Assembly: GCA_018669795.1 (NCBI GenBank)
Contig: JABHSQ010000014.1
Location: 26,591-90,590 of the forward strand
DNA length: 64,000 bases
DNA from: Flavobacteriaceae bacterium
Lineage (GTDB): Bacteria > Bacteroidota > Bacteroidia > Flavobacteriales > Flavobacteriaceae
Reading direction: 5' to 3'
Below the pieces are notes generated by a model that did not search any database, was not told the origin of the DNA, and was given only the letters and a program-made list of their open reading frames with translations. Below are positions 9,345 to 18,520 of this stretch, in pieces. Positions within the stretch are counted from its first letter, which is position 1, and each line of letters starts with the position of its first letter. The position numbers and the translations under genes were made by a program.

Positions 9345-9926
9345 ATGTTAGGACTTAAGTTACCGACTGACCCACGTTGGATAAATATTGTAGAAAAAAA
9401 TATTGAAGAAATACTTACAGATCATGCTTTCTGTGAAATAAAAGCTGCTTCTACTGCAATATCATTAATGATATCATTTCCTGAATACACTGAATTAGTA
9501 AAAGAAATGCCAACTCTTGCAAAAGAAGAAATGTGTCATTTTGAACTTGTACATACTATTATCATTAATAGAGGTTGGACTTTAGGCAGAGATCGAAAAG
9601 ATCATTACGTGGTTAAATTACTAACTTTTTTTCCTAAAGGAGGCAGTAGATCCACTCAGCTAATTCATCGTTTACTTTATGCTGCATTAATTGAAGCAAG
9701 AAGCTGTGAACGTTTTAAAATATTAGCTAATAATTTAAAAGACGAAGAGTTATCAGAATTTTTCAGAAGTCTTATGGCAAGTGAAGCGGGTCATTACATG
9801 CTATTTTTAAACTTTGCAAGAAAGTATGGTGAAAAAAAAGAAGTAGATGAAAAATGGCAACAGTTATTAATATTTGAAGCGGAAATTATGAAAAATTTAG
9901 GCACAAAAGAAACCATTCACGGTTAA
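9345..9926 (+). CDS. miaE: tRNA-(ms2io6A37)-hydroxylase
   Basis: DHAFCEIKAA and repeated ExxH di-iron motifs (EEMCH, SEAGH). About 190 aa, as in the short MiaE family. Confidence 0.8.
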   Translation: MLGLKLPTDPRWINIVEKNIEEILTDHAFCEIKAASTAISLMISFPEYTELVKEMPTLAKEEMCHFELVHTIIINRGWTLGRDRKDHYVVKLLTFFPKGGSRSTQLIHRLLYAALIEARSCERFKILANNLKDEELSEFFRSLMASEAGHYMLFLNFARKYGEKKEVDEKWQQLLIFEAEIMKNLGTKETIHG

Positions 9927-9937
9927 TAATTAAGTGT

Positions 9938-10828
9938 TTATTTTTCATTATACAAACTTCGTATAATACCATCTGACAAACCTACCTTAGGAACATAAAT
10001 ACATTCTGCCCCACTCCATTTCATGGCAAAAATATAAATCTTTAATGCAGGAATTATTACATCTGCACGATCAGGGTTCATATCTAACTCAACTATTCTA
10101 TCATCATATGAAAATGCTTTTACTTTATTAAAATAAGCAATTAAGTACTTGTAGTTTAATGGAGTACCTATTTTTTTTCCACTATACTTATAAGTGCTAT
10201 TTATATTTCCACCCGTACCTAACAAGGTAATATGGCTATACTTTTGAGTGTTATTCTTTATCCAATCTTTCATTTGGTCCCACATTTTATCATCCACCAA
10301 GTTATTAATTAGTCGTACAGTTCCCATTTTAAAAGATTTTGACGCTACTGTTTTACCTTCTGAATAAATAGTTAACTCAGTGCTTCCTCCTCCTACGTCA
10401 ACGTATAAAAATACTTTATCATGAACCAGGTATGTTTTTAAATCTGTTGAAGCTATAATTTTAGCTTCTTCATTTCCATTAATAATGTTTATTTCAATTC
10501 CTGTTGCATTTAAAAGTCTTTTTACAACAGTTTTACCATTTTTTGCTTCACGCATTGCAGAGGTTGCGCAAGCCCGGTATTTAAACACATTATGTATTTT
10601 CATTAATAACTGAAAAGCTTTAAAAGAATCCAACATTCTTAAATAACTAGCTTCTGAAACTTTTCCTTCAACAAAAACATCTGTCCCTAAACGAATAGGA
10701 ACTCGTATTAAAGAGGTTTTTTTAAACTTAGCCTCTTTACCTTCTTGCTCAATAACAGTAACGATAAGCAAACGTATTGCATTTGAACCTACATCTATTG
10801 CTCCGTACTTTTTAATATTTAACATCAA
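9938..10828 (-). CDS. Ppx/GppA family exopolyphosphatase
   Basis: ASKHA-fold motifs AIDVGSNAIRL and DVGGGSTE. Confidence 0.85.
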   Translation of the reverse strand: MMLNIKKYGAIDVGSNAIRLLIVTVIEQEGKEAKFKKTSLIRVPIRLGTDVFVEGKVSEASYLRMLDSFKAFQLLMKIHNVFKYRACATSAMREAKNGKTVVKRLLNATGIEINIINGNEEAKIIASTDLKTYLVHDKVFLYVDVGGGSTELTIYSEGKTVASKSFKMGTVRLINNLVDDKMWDQMKDWIKNNTQKYSHITLLGTGGNINSTYKYSGKKIGTPLNYKYLIAYFNKVKAFSYDDRIVELDMNPDRADVIIPALKIYIFAMKWSGAECIYVPKVGLSDGIIRSLYNEK

Positions 10829-10831
10829 TTA

Positions 10832-11326
10832 CTATTGCTTTATTTTTAGATCTCTTGGGAAAATAATGTTTGTGGTTTGTCCATAATTAATATGTTCCCA
10901 TTTTTCAACATTAAATTGAATTTCCACAAAACCGCAAGTTGGAATATTGATAATACTTATATCACCTAACATATTGGCTAGTGAAGTTAAAGCGTGATTA
11001 TGACCTACAATTAACACACAATCTAAAGAGTTGCTTATATTTTTAATAACTTCTAAAACTTTTTTACCTCCAAAATCATACAAAGATTCATTTGTATTAA
11101 AGTTTTCATCCGAAATATTAAATGATTTTTTAAAATAATTTGCAGTAGTTTCTGCTCTCCTTGCATCGCTACTAATTATTTTTTCAGGAGGTTTAATCAT
11201 ACTCTTTGTGTGTTCAGAAACCAATAAAGCATCATTCTTACCTCTTTCTTTTAAGGGCCTTTTATGGTCATCGCTGGTTAGTTCCCATGATGACTTAGCG
11301 TGTCTAAGTAAATATAAATTTTTCAA
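10832..11326 (-). CDS. histidine phosphatase family protein (SixA-like)
   Basis: RHAKS catalytic motif at the N-terminus and GHN in the second half. About 160 aa. Confidence 0.75.
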   Translation of the reverse strand: MKNLYLLRHAKSSWELTSDDHKRPLKERGKNDALLVSEHTKSMIKPPEKIISSDARRAETTANYFKKSFNISDENFNTNESLYDFGGKKVLEVIKNISNSLDCVLIVGHNHALTSLANMLGDISIINIPTCGFVEIQFNVEKWEHINYGQTTNIIFPRDLKIKQ

Positions 11327-11387
11327 TTTTATATTTTTATAATTAATTACTATACTGTATTTTATACAATATTAATTAAAGTTTAAG

Positions 11388-12032
11388 CTAAGGCGCTAGT
11401 CGTTCAATCACCCAATCATATTCTTTTAAAGTGTACCGAATTCTATCGTGCAATCTATTCGGCCTTCCTTGCCAAAACTCCATAGAAATTGGAGCTACTA
11501 AAAACCCTCCCCAATGAGCTGGTTTTTCAATTTCTTTTTCTGCATATTCTAACTCTAAAAGGGTTAGTTTTTTTTCTAAAACTTCTCTATTATCAATAAT
11601 TTCACTTTGATTAGATACAATTGCGCCTAGTTTACTGCCAAATGGTCGTGAACTAAAATAATTTTCAGAATCCTCCTTTGAAGTTTTTGTTGCAATCCCT
11701 TTAATAATTATTTGCCGCTCTAAACTAGGCCAAAAAAAAGATAATGATACTTTTTCATTATGCATTATAGCTTTTCCTTTTTCACTTAAATAGTTAGTGT
11801 AAAAATAAAAGCCATATTCATCATACTTTTTTAATAGCACTACCCTGCCTTTTGGAAACCCATCTAAACCTAAAGTTGTCAATGTCACTGCATTAACCTC
11901 AGCTACTGTTTCGGATAACTTTGTATCATAAAACCAAGTTTGAAATTGCTGAAGAGGATTTGGATCAACAGAGTTTTTCGACAACTCCCCTTTTTCATAG
12001 TTTCGCCTGTAATCTTGTAGATTTTGAGACAT
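11388..12032 (-). CDS. pdxH: pyridoxamine 5'-phosphate oxidase
   Basis: C-terminal EFWQGRPNRLHDRIRY signature, 214 aa. Confidence 0.9.
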   Translation of the reverse strand: MSQNLQDYRRNYEKGELSKNSVDPNPLQQFQTWFYDTKLSETVAEVNAVTLTTLGLDGFPKGRVVLLKKYDEYGFYFYTNYLSEKGKAIMHNEKVSLSFFWPSLERQIIIKGIATKTSKEDSENYFSSRPFGSKLGAIVSNQSEIIDNREVLEKKLTLLELEYAEKEIEKPAHWGGFLVAPISMEFWQGRPNRLHDRIRYTLKEYDWVIERLAP

Positions 12033-12096
12033 GATATTAATTTATATGCAAGTTACAAATTTGAATAATAAACTTGGATTTAAAATTTCACAAATA

Positions 12097-13002
12097 TTAA
12101 ATAATAAATTTTTTACCATCTTCTGCTAACTCAACATTATGAAATACCTGCTTTGCTTCTGTTTTAAATTTATCTATGCTTGAATAACGTGTAGAATAAT
12201 GCCCTAAAATTAATCTATCAACAGTTGCTTCTTTTGCGATTAAAGCTGCTTGTCTTGCAGTACTATGCCTTGTTTTTGCACATAAATACTCATGTTCATC
12301 TAAAAAAGATGACTCATGATATAAAGCGGTTACATTTTTTATGGTTGGAATGCATGCTGGATAATATTGTGTATCCGAACAAAACGCATAAGACTTTGGC
12401 TTTTCAGGGTCGAAAGTGATTTGTTTGTTTAAAATTAATTTACCATCATTATTTTCAATATCCTTACCCTGCTTTATTTTTTGCAAATAACTCATGTCAA
12501 TATTATTGTCCTTGACAGCTTCAATATTTATTTTTCGTTCTCCTAATTTTTCTTTAAAAACGAATCCATTGGTATACACCCTATGCTTTAAAGGAACTGT
12601 TATAACTGTAACTTTGTCATCTTCAAAAATAACTTCAGATTCTTTGCACACCAATTCATGAAAGTTTAACGGATAATTAAACCAAGCTTTTCCAAGCTTT
12701 AACTGAAGCATTATCACTTCTTTCATTCCTTTTGGACCATAAATGTTCAATTCAGCTTCTCTACCAAGAAGCATAAATGTAGATATCAAGCCAATTAAAC
12801 CAAAATAATGATCTCCATGTAAATGTGAAATAAATATATGCTTGATTCTAGAAAAATTCACCTTACAGCGCCTTAATTGTACTTGTGTCCCTTCGCCACA
12901 ATCAATTAAAAAAAGATGATTCTTTATGGATAAAACTTGAGAAGTTGGATGTGTTTTTGGTTTTGGCGTAGCAGAATAGCAACCTAATATAGTTAATTCC
13001 AT
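12097..13002 (-). CDS. rnz: ribonuclease Z
   Basis: MBL-fold HLHGDH motif and an N-terminus typical of RNase Z (LTILGCYSATP). Confidence 0.9.
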   Translation of the reverse strand: MELTILGCYSATPKPKTHPTSQVLSIKNHLFLIDCGEGTQVQLRRCKVNFSRIKHIFISHLHGDHYFGLIGLISTFMLLGREAELNIYGPKGMKEVIMLQLKLGKAWFNYPLNFHELVCKESEVIFEDDKVTVITVPLKHRVYTNGFVFKEKLGERKINIEAVKDNNIDMSYLQKIKQGKDIENNDGKLILNKQITFDPEKPKSYAFCSDTQYYPACIPTIKNVTALYHESSFLDEHEYLCAKTRHSTARQAALIAKEATVDRLILGHYSTRYSSIDKFKTEAKQVFHNVELAEDGKKFII

Positions 13003-13016
13003 TTACATTAAACAAT

Positions 13017-13361
13017 TTAAAATTCTAGTTCACGTTCTATTTCTTCAATTTCTATCATATCTTCTGCTTCTTGAAGAGTAGGGACAACTATTATTTCTTC
13101 TGGCAAAGAATTAGCGTTTAAAGCATCATTTACAATTACAAATGATTTATTAGCTACCTTATAAGCATCAGATATATTTTGAAACAACAATAAATCTTTA
13201 AGAGACATTAATTTATTATCTAATAAATCTATTATTAAATTCTTATCTTTTAACTGGAAAGACAATAAAGGTTTTAACAAAAAAACAAAATTTTCTAAAT
13301 CATTGCTATTTTCTTTAACAACAACAAAATTATCGTGCGTATTAATTTTCATTTCTATCAA
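13017..13361 (-). CDS. hypothetical small acidic protein
   Basis: The ORF lies between pyrB and rnz on the same strand and overlaps the pyrB stop by about 20 nt. I do not recognise a family. Confidence 0.5.
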   Translation of the reverse strand: MIEMKINTHDNFVVVKENSNDLENFVFLLKPLLSFQLKDKNLIIDLLDNKLMSLKDLLLFQNISDAYKVANKSFVIVNDALNANSLPEEIIVVPTLQEAEDMIEIEEIERELEF

Positions 13362-14280
13362 TTTTTGAAGCTAATAAATACAAAACTGCCATCCGAATAG
13401 CAACTCCATTTTCAACTTGATTCAAAATAATAGCTTGTTTACTATCAGCAACATCACTTGTCATTTCTACCCCTCTATTAATAGGCCCTGGATGCATTAT
13501 AACAATTTCCTTGTCTAAGGAATTAAGTATTTTTTTATTGAGCCCAAATTGTTGTGTGTATTCTCTAGTCGTAGGGAAATAACTAATGTCCATTCGTTCT
13601 TTTTGCACTCGCAACATGTTCGCCACATCACACCATTGCAATGCTTTTTGAAGATTTGTTTCTACACCAACCCCAAGCGAATCAATAAACTTGGGTAATA
13701 ATGTTTTAGGCCCACAAACCTTTACATTAGCTCCTAATTTTTTTAATGCAAAAATATTTGACAATGCAACCCTAGAATGAAGAATATCACCTACAATCAC
13801 TACATTTTTTCCAGCGACATCTCCTAATCGTTCTCTAATGGAATAACTGTCCAATAAAGCTTGAGTTGGGTGCTCATGAGCACCATCTCCGGCATTTATA
13901 ATACTTGCATTTATATGTTTAGATAAAAATACCCCTGCACCAGGGTTAGGGTGCCTCATCACAACCATATCAACTTTCATAGAAAGTATGTTGTTTACGG
14001 TATCTACTAATGTTTCTCCTTTTTTAACAGAAGAAGAAGAAGAAGAAAAATTAACAACATCAGCAGATAATCTTTTCTCAGCTAACTCGAAAGATAATCT
14101 AGTTCTGGTACTATTCTCAAAAAAAAGATTAGCAATGGTAATATCTCGAAGTGATGGAACTTTTTTAATAGACCTATTAATAACTTCTTTAAAATGATCT
14201 GCAGTTTCGAAGATCAATTGTATATCAGCTTCAGTGATGTATTTAATTCCCAGTAAGTGCTTTACACTTAATTCACTCAT
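13342..14280 (-). CDS. pyrB: aspartate carbamoyltransferase catalytic subunit
   Basis: STRTR, HPTQ and HPGP motifs, 312 aa. Confidence 0.93.
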   Translation of the reverse strand: MSELSVKHLLGIKYITEADIQLIFETADHFKEVINRSIKKVPSLRDITIANLFFENSTRTRLSFELAEKRLSADVVNFSSSSSSVKKGETLVDTVNNILSMKVDMVVMRHPNPGAGVFLSKHINASIINAGDGAHEHPTQALLDSYSIRERLGDVAGKNVVIVGDILHSRVALSNIFALKKLGANVKVCGPKTLLPKFIDSLGVGVETNLQKALQWCDVANMLRVQKERMDISYFPTTREYTQQFGLNKKILNSLDKEIVIMHPGPINRGVEMTSDVADSKQAIILNQVENGVAIRMAVLYLLASKIDRNEN

Positions 14281-14369
14281 AATTTTTCTTTAAAAAATGC
14301 TATAGGCTCTATACTTAATGCTTTAGGCTGCCTATTACTAATAGCCAAAAGCTTACAGCTAAAATAATT

Positions 14370-14909
14370 TCAACTATTTATCAAATAAACAGCATCTAAT
14401 CCATCGTTTTCTTTCCAACAAACCTTAACCTTTTCGTTATTAATAGCATCTACTTGCCTACCTCTATAATCTGGTTGAATTGGTAAATGCCTACTAAATC
14501 GTCTGTCAATAAAGGTTAGTAGCTCTATTTCTAATGGTCTTCCAAAAGACTGGATTGCAGTTAGAGCAGCTCTTATACTCCTACCAGTGTAGAGAACGTC
14601 ATCTATAAAAACAACTTTTTTATCTTCAACTATAAAATCAATATTAGTTCTATTTGCTTCAATAAGCTTATCGTTTCTCCTAAAATCATCTCTATAAAAA
14701 GTAATATCTAAATATCCTAACTTAATATTTTTAACCTTATATTCTGTTTCCAGCAACGATTTAATTCTTTCGGCTAAAAATATACCTCTAGGCTGAATTC
14801 CTATTAAAACTGTATTTGAAAATGTATCATGGTTTTCTATTAATTGACAAGCCAAACGATGAAGCGCTATATTTACTTCGGTTGCGTTGAGTAACACTTT
14901 TTGGCTCAT
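14370..14909 (-). CDS. pyrR: bifunctional pyr operon regulator / uracil phosphoribosyltransferase PyrR
   Basis: PRTase motif VVFIDDVLYTGRSIRAAL and the characteristic PyrR N-terminus. It sits upstream of pyrB. Confidence 0.9.
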   Translation of the reverse strand: MSQKVLLNATEVNIALHRLACQLIENHDTFSNTVLIGIQPRGIFLAERIKSLLETEYKVKNIKLGYLDITFYRDDFRRNDKLIEANRTNIDFIVEDKKVVFIDDVLYTGRSIRAALTAIQSFGRPLEIELLTFIDRRFSRHLPIQPDYRGRQVDAINNEKVKVCWKENDGLDAVYLINS

Positions 14910-14977
14910 AAGTAGATTCTAAACTATTGTTCAGTTCACAAAAATACTACTTTTTTTGCGTTTACCTATTTAGTAAT

Positions 14978-15010
14978 ACAAAAAAAGCCTCTCTTAAAAA
15001 AGAGAGGCTT
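14978..15010 (-). terminator. Rho-independent terminator downstream of rpsA
   Basis: A 10-bp perfect stem (AAGCCTCTCT / AGAGAGGCTT) with a 6-nt loop, followed on the minus strand by a T7 run. It lies about 25 nt after the rpsA stop. Confidence 0.7.
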
Positions 15011-15032
15011 AAATATTTAGCTTAAAACGAAC

Positions 15033-16973
15033 TTATTTTTTTCCGTCCATTTTATCTTTAAGATCTTGAAGCGTTTTGTTTGCATCGCCAAGAGTTGGCT
15101 TAGCTTCATCAGATGCTTTAGCTTGTTTCTTAGCAGCTTGCTTAACAATTTTAGCCTCTTCTTCTTTATGAATTGTCATATGAGAAGCAACTACTTTTTT
15201 GAATTCTTTATTAAATTCAATTATTTCAAATTGTGCTTCTTCACCTTTTTGAAGTTTGGTGCCATCTTCTTTTTCTAAATGACGCGTTGGAACAAATGCT
15301 ACAATTTCATCATTAAAGTTAATAGTTGCACCTTTATCTACAATTTCAAAAATTGCAGCAGTATGTTTGGTGCCTAAAGCAAAATCTTTTTGGTGTTTAT
15401 CCCAAGGATTTACCGTAGTTTGCTTATGACCTAAACTTAATTTACGCCCTTGAACATCTAATTCTAATACTACGACTTCTAATTCATCACCAATATCTGT
15501 GAATTCACTTGGATGCTTAATCTTCTTAGTCCAAGATAAATCACTAATGTAAATTAAACCATCAATTCCTTCTTCCATTTCTGCAAAAACACCAAAGTTT
15601 GTGAAGTTACGTACAATACCTTTATGGGTTGAACCTACAGAGTATTTTTTAGTAATATCAGCCCAAGGGTCTGGAGTAATTTGTTTGATACCTAATGACA
15701 TTTTACGAGTATCACGATCTAAAGTTAAAATCACTGCTTCAAGCTCTTCACCTATAGTAACAAAATCTTGAGCACTACGCAAATGAGTTGACCAAGACAT
15801 TTCACTTACATGAATTAATCCTTCAACACCATTGGCTACTTCAATAAAAGCACCGTAATCTGCAATTACAACAACTTTACCTTTTAGTTTATCTCCAACC
15901 TTCACTTCTTCACCTAAAGAATCCCAAGGATGCTTACTAAGTTGCTTAAGACCTAATTGAATACGAGATTTGTTCTCATCAAAATCAAGAATTACAACAT
16001 TTAATTTTTGATCAAGCTCAACGATTTCATTTGGATGGTTAATTCGAGACCAAGAAAGATCTGTAATATGAACCAATCCATCAACTCCACCTAAATCAAC
16101 AAATACACCATATGAAGTAATGTTTTTAACAATACCTTCTAATACCTGTCCTTTTTCTAATTGACCAATAATTTCTTTTTTCTGTTCTTCGATATCTGCC
16201 TCGATAAGTGCTTTATGAGAAACAACAACATTTTTAAATTCGTGATTAATTTTCACAACTTTAAATTCCATTGTTTTATCAACATATACATCGTAATCAC
16301 GGATAGGTTTCACATCTATTTGAGAACCTGGTAAGAATGCTTCAATTCCAAAAACATCTACAATCATACCACCTTTAGTACGGCATTTTACAAATCCATT
16401 AACAATCGTTCCTTCATCATGTGCTTTATTAACACGCTCCCAAGCTTTAATTGTTCTAGCTTTACGGTGTGAAAGAATTAATTGACCAGTACTGTCTTCA
16501 CGTACATCAATTAAAACCTCTACTTTATCTCCAACTTTTAAACCTGGATTGTAACGGAATTCGTTTAATGAAATAACTCCCTCAGATTTTGCATTGATAT
16601 CGATAATTGCATCACGATCTGTTACAAATACAACTATTCCATCAACCACCTCATCATCAAGTGTATCTACAAAGTTATCTGCTACTAATTTTTCGAACTC
16701 TTCTAGTTTACCATCATCAATAGGATCAATTCCCTCCTGATAATTATGCCAGTTAAAATCATTTAAAAATGCTTCCGGATCTCTTTCTTTAAGAGAAAGA
16801 TCTTTTTTCGGATCTTCTTTTACAGCTTCTGTAGCTACTTCAATAACTTCTTCTTTAACTTCTTCTTTAACTTCCTTTTTTGGAGCAGCTTTTTTTGTCG
16901 CTTTTGGAGCTTTCTTTTTAGTTGCTACTACAACAACTTCCTGTACTTCTTCTTTTGTTTCTTTTTTAGCCAT
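15033..16973 (-). CDS. rpsA: 30S ribosomal protein S1
   Basis: Six S1/OB repeats (recurring G.V..I...G.FV). It has a K/E-rich N-terminal extension. Confidence 0.93.
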   Translation of the reverse strand: MAKKETKEEVQEVVVVATKKKAPKATKKAAPKKEVKEEVKEEVIEVATEAVKEDPKKDLSLKERDPEAFLNDFNWHNYQEGIDPIDDGKLEEFEKLVADNFVDTLDDEVVDGIVVFVTDRDAIIDINAKSEGVISLNEFRYNPGLKVGDKVEVLIDVREDSTGQLILSHRKARTIKAWERVNKAHDEGTIVNGFVKCRTKGGMIVDVFGIEAFLPGSQIDVKPIRDYDVYVDKTMEFKVVKINHEFKNVVVSHKALIEADIEEQKKEIIGQLEKGQVLEGIVKNITSYGVFVDLGGVDGLVHITDLSWSRINHPNEIVELDQKLNVVILDFDENKSRIQLGLKQLSKHPWDSLGEEVKVGDKLKGKVVVIADYGAFIEVANGVEGLIHVSEMSWSTHLRSAQDFVTIGEELEAVILTLDRDTRKMSLGIKQITPDPWADITKKYSVGSTHKGIVRNFTNFGVFAEMEEGIDGLIYISDLSWTKKIKHPSEFTDIGDELEVVVLELDVQGRKLSLGHKQTTVNPWDKHQKDFALGTKHTAAIFEIVDKGATINFNDEIVAFVPTRHLEKEDGTKLQKGEEAQFEIIEFNKEFKKVVASHMTIHKEEEAKIVKQAAKKQAKASDEAKPTLGDANKTLQDLKDKMDGKK

Positions 16974-17126
16974 TTGCTAATAATTTATCTTCAGTTTTAA
17001 TTAATTACTGAAAATATGGGTTTTGTATTCTGTGCTTTTACAAGTATTAATGCGACATTGACACAGAAGTGTTTATTATTTATTATCTTTTCTCTTTTGA
17101 TTCTTGTTTTGTCGCCAAAAGGAGTG

Positions 17127-17157
17127 CAAAATTACTGCTTATTTATTGATTTTCAAA
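17127..17157 (-). promoter_or_regulatory. Bacteroidota-type promoter (TTTG-N19-TAATTTTG) for rpsA, implying a 5' UTR of about 145 nt
   Basis: The minus strand reads TTTG (17157-17154), a 19-nt spacer, then TAATTTTG (17134-17127). This matches the published Bacteroides/Flavobacterium consensus. Confidence 0.5.
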
Positions 17158-17521
17158 AGGTTTCTTATAAGAATTATTTTATTAAATTTATAAGATCACT
17201 GATAAAGATCAAAAATAAAATTTAAACCTTCTTATACTTGCAAAAATGCATTCAAATAAAATTAGCATACGTAGCACAAATAAAACAAAGACAGCAACAC
17301 CCATTAAAACAACTACTACTAAACAAAGAAAAAGAAAAAAAAATTGCTTTAATATATTTAATCTTAATCTGAAAAAAAAACTGGTATCAACCTGTGAACC
17401 GACGCTATCATCCATATGCTAATTTCATCTTAACGTTATTAAGTACCGGTATAAATTTTGTGAATGCTAAGCATAGTTACAATTACCAACAATGAGAATT
17501 TTCACAGTTAAATTGAAATAA

Positions 17522-17857
17522 TTATAATATACGCAATCCGTTTTGTGTTTTAAAATTAGGTTGAAGCAGGTTCACTCCTTTAACATTTACAGCACCTAGA
17601 ATTAAGCATTCACTCCTGAAATTTGCAATTTGTTTTTTTGGGAAGTTTACAACGGCAACTACCTGTTTATTTAACAAATTCTCCTTTTCATAAAGGACAG
17701 TCACTTGTGCTGAAGTTTTTCTTATCCCAATTTCTTCACCAAAATCGATTGTTAATTTATAGGAAGGGTTTCTTGCTTCTGGAAAATCAAAAACAGCTAT
17801 AACAGTCCCTACTCTCATTTCTACTTTTTCAAAATCTGACCAACTTAAATTATTCAT
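17522..17857 (-). CDS. tRNA-binding protein (CsaA/EMAP-II-like OB fold)
   Basis: About 110 aa with the family pattern W.DF.K.E.RVG....V..FPEARNP.YKL.IDFG. Confidence 0.8.
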   Translation of the reverse strand: MNNLSWSDFEKVEMRVGTVIAVFDFPEARNPSYKLTIDFGEEIGIRKTSAQVTVLYEKENLLNKQVVAVVNFPKKQIANFRSECLILGAVNVKGVNLLQPNFKTQNGLRIL

Positions 17858-17910
17858 TATATAATTGTAATTTTATAGTGTTAAATAAACGAATATAGAA
17901 AATTAATTAA

Positions 17911-18465
17911 ATGTCATTAACTCCATCAAAAATGTTGCCTTTAGGCACTAAAGCGCCAGATTTTGAATTAATAAACCCAGTTTCTTCAAAACAAATAAGA
18001 CTAAGCGAATCTAAAGGGGAACAAGGAACAGTCATTATGTTTATTTGTAATCATTGTCCTTTTGTAAAATATGTAAACAATGAACTTGTTACTATTGCTA
18101 ACGAATATTTAAATAAAGGTATTGGTTTTATCGCTATAAATAGTAATGATATCATAAACTATCCTGAAGACGCTCCATTAGAAATGATTAAAACAGCCAA
18201 GGAGAATAACTATTCTTTTCCTTATTTGTTTGATGAATTCCAAGAAGTAGCAAAAGCTTATGATGCAGCTTGTACTCCAGACTTCTACTTATTCGACGAT
18301 CAATTAAAACTCGTTTATAGGGGACAATTAGATAGTTCAAGACCAGGGAATAACATTCCTGTCACAGGCACAGATTTACGTCTAGCAATTGATTGCACAT
18401 TAAACAATACCCTACAACAGGTATCGCAAAAACCAAGTATGGGCTGTAATATTAAATGGAAATAA
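17911..18465 (+). CDS. thioredoxin-fold protein (AhpC/TSA-like thiol-disulfide oxidoreductase)
   Basis: CNHCPF CxxC motif in a thioredoxin-like context, 184 aa. Confidence 0.75.
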   Translation: MSLTPSKMLPLGTKAPDFELINPVSSKQIRLSESKGEQGTVIMFICNHCPFVKYVNNELVTIANEYLNKGIGFIAINSNDIINYPEDAPLEMIKTAKENNYSFPYLFDEFQEVAKAYDAACTPDFYLFDDQLKLVYRGQLDSSRPGNNIPVTGTDLRLAIDCTLNNTLQQVSQKPSMGCNIKWK

Positions 18466-18520
18466 AAAAGTATCCAATTATTAAATTGACTGCTTTTTTA
18501 TTATTTATTTATTCTGAATA

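Noticed and set aside
14978-15010. AGAGAGGCU in the 3' arm of the hairpin upstream of pyrR resembles the core of the Bacillus PyrR-binding loop (..CCAGAGAGGCU..).
   Set aside because: The hairpin with its T-run sits directly after the rpsA stop and is fully explained as the rpsA terminator. A TATTTTTG -7 box lies between it and pyrR, so it is probably not in the pyrR transcript. The pyrR-pyrB spacer (14281-14369) shows only a weak 5-bp stem (TATAG/CTATA) and no antiterminator or anti-antiterminator architecture that I can trace by eye.
17016-17422. Track ORFs 17016-17225 (+) and 17209-17415 (-), plus a 58-codon plus-strand ORF at about 17246-17422, all in the rpsA upstream spacer.
   Set aside because: The products are extremely low-complexity: poly-hydrophobic from T-runs, or K/T-rich from A-runs. 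None has a recognisable family or a convincing promoter or RBS context. The first ORF also overlaps the predicted rpsA promoter and leader. The region is kept as a finding, not as CDS features.
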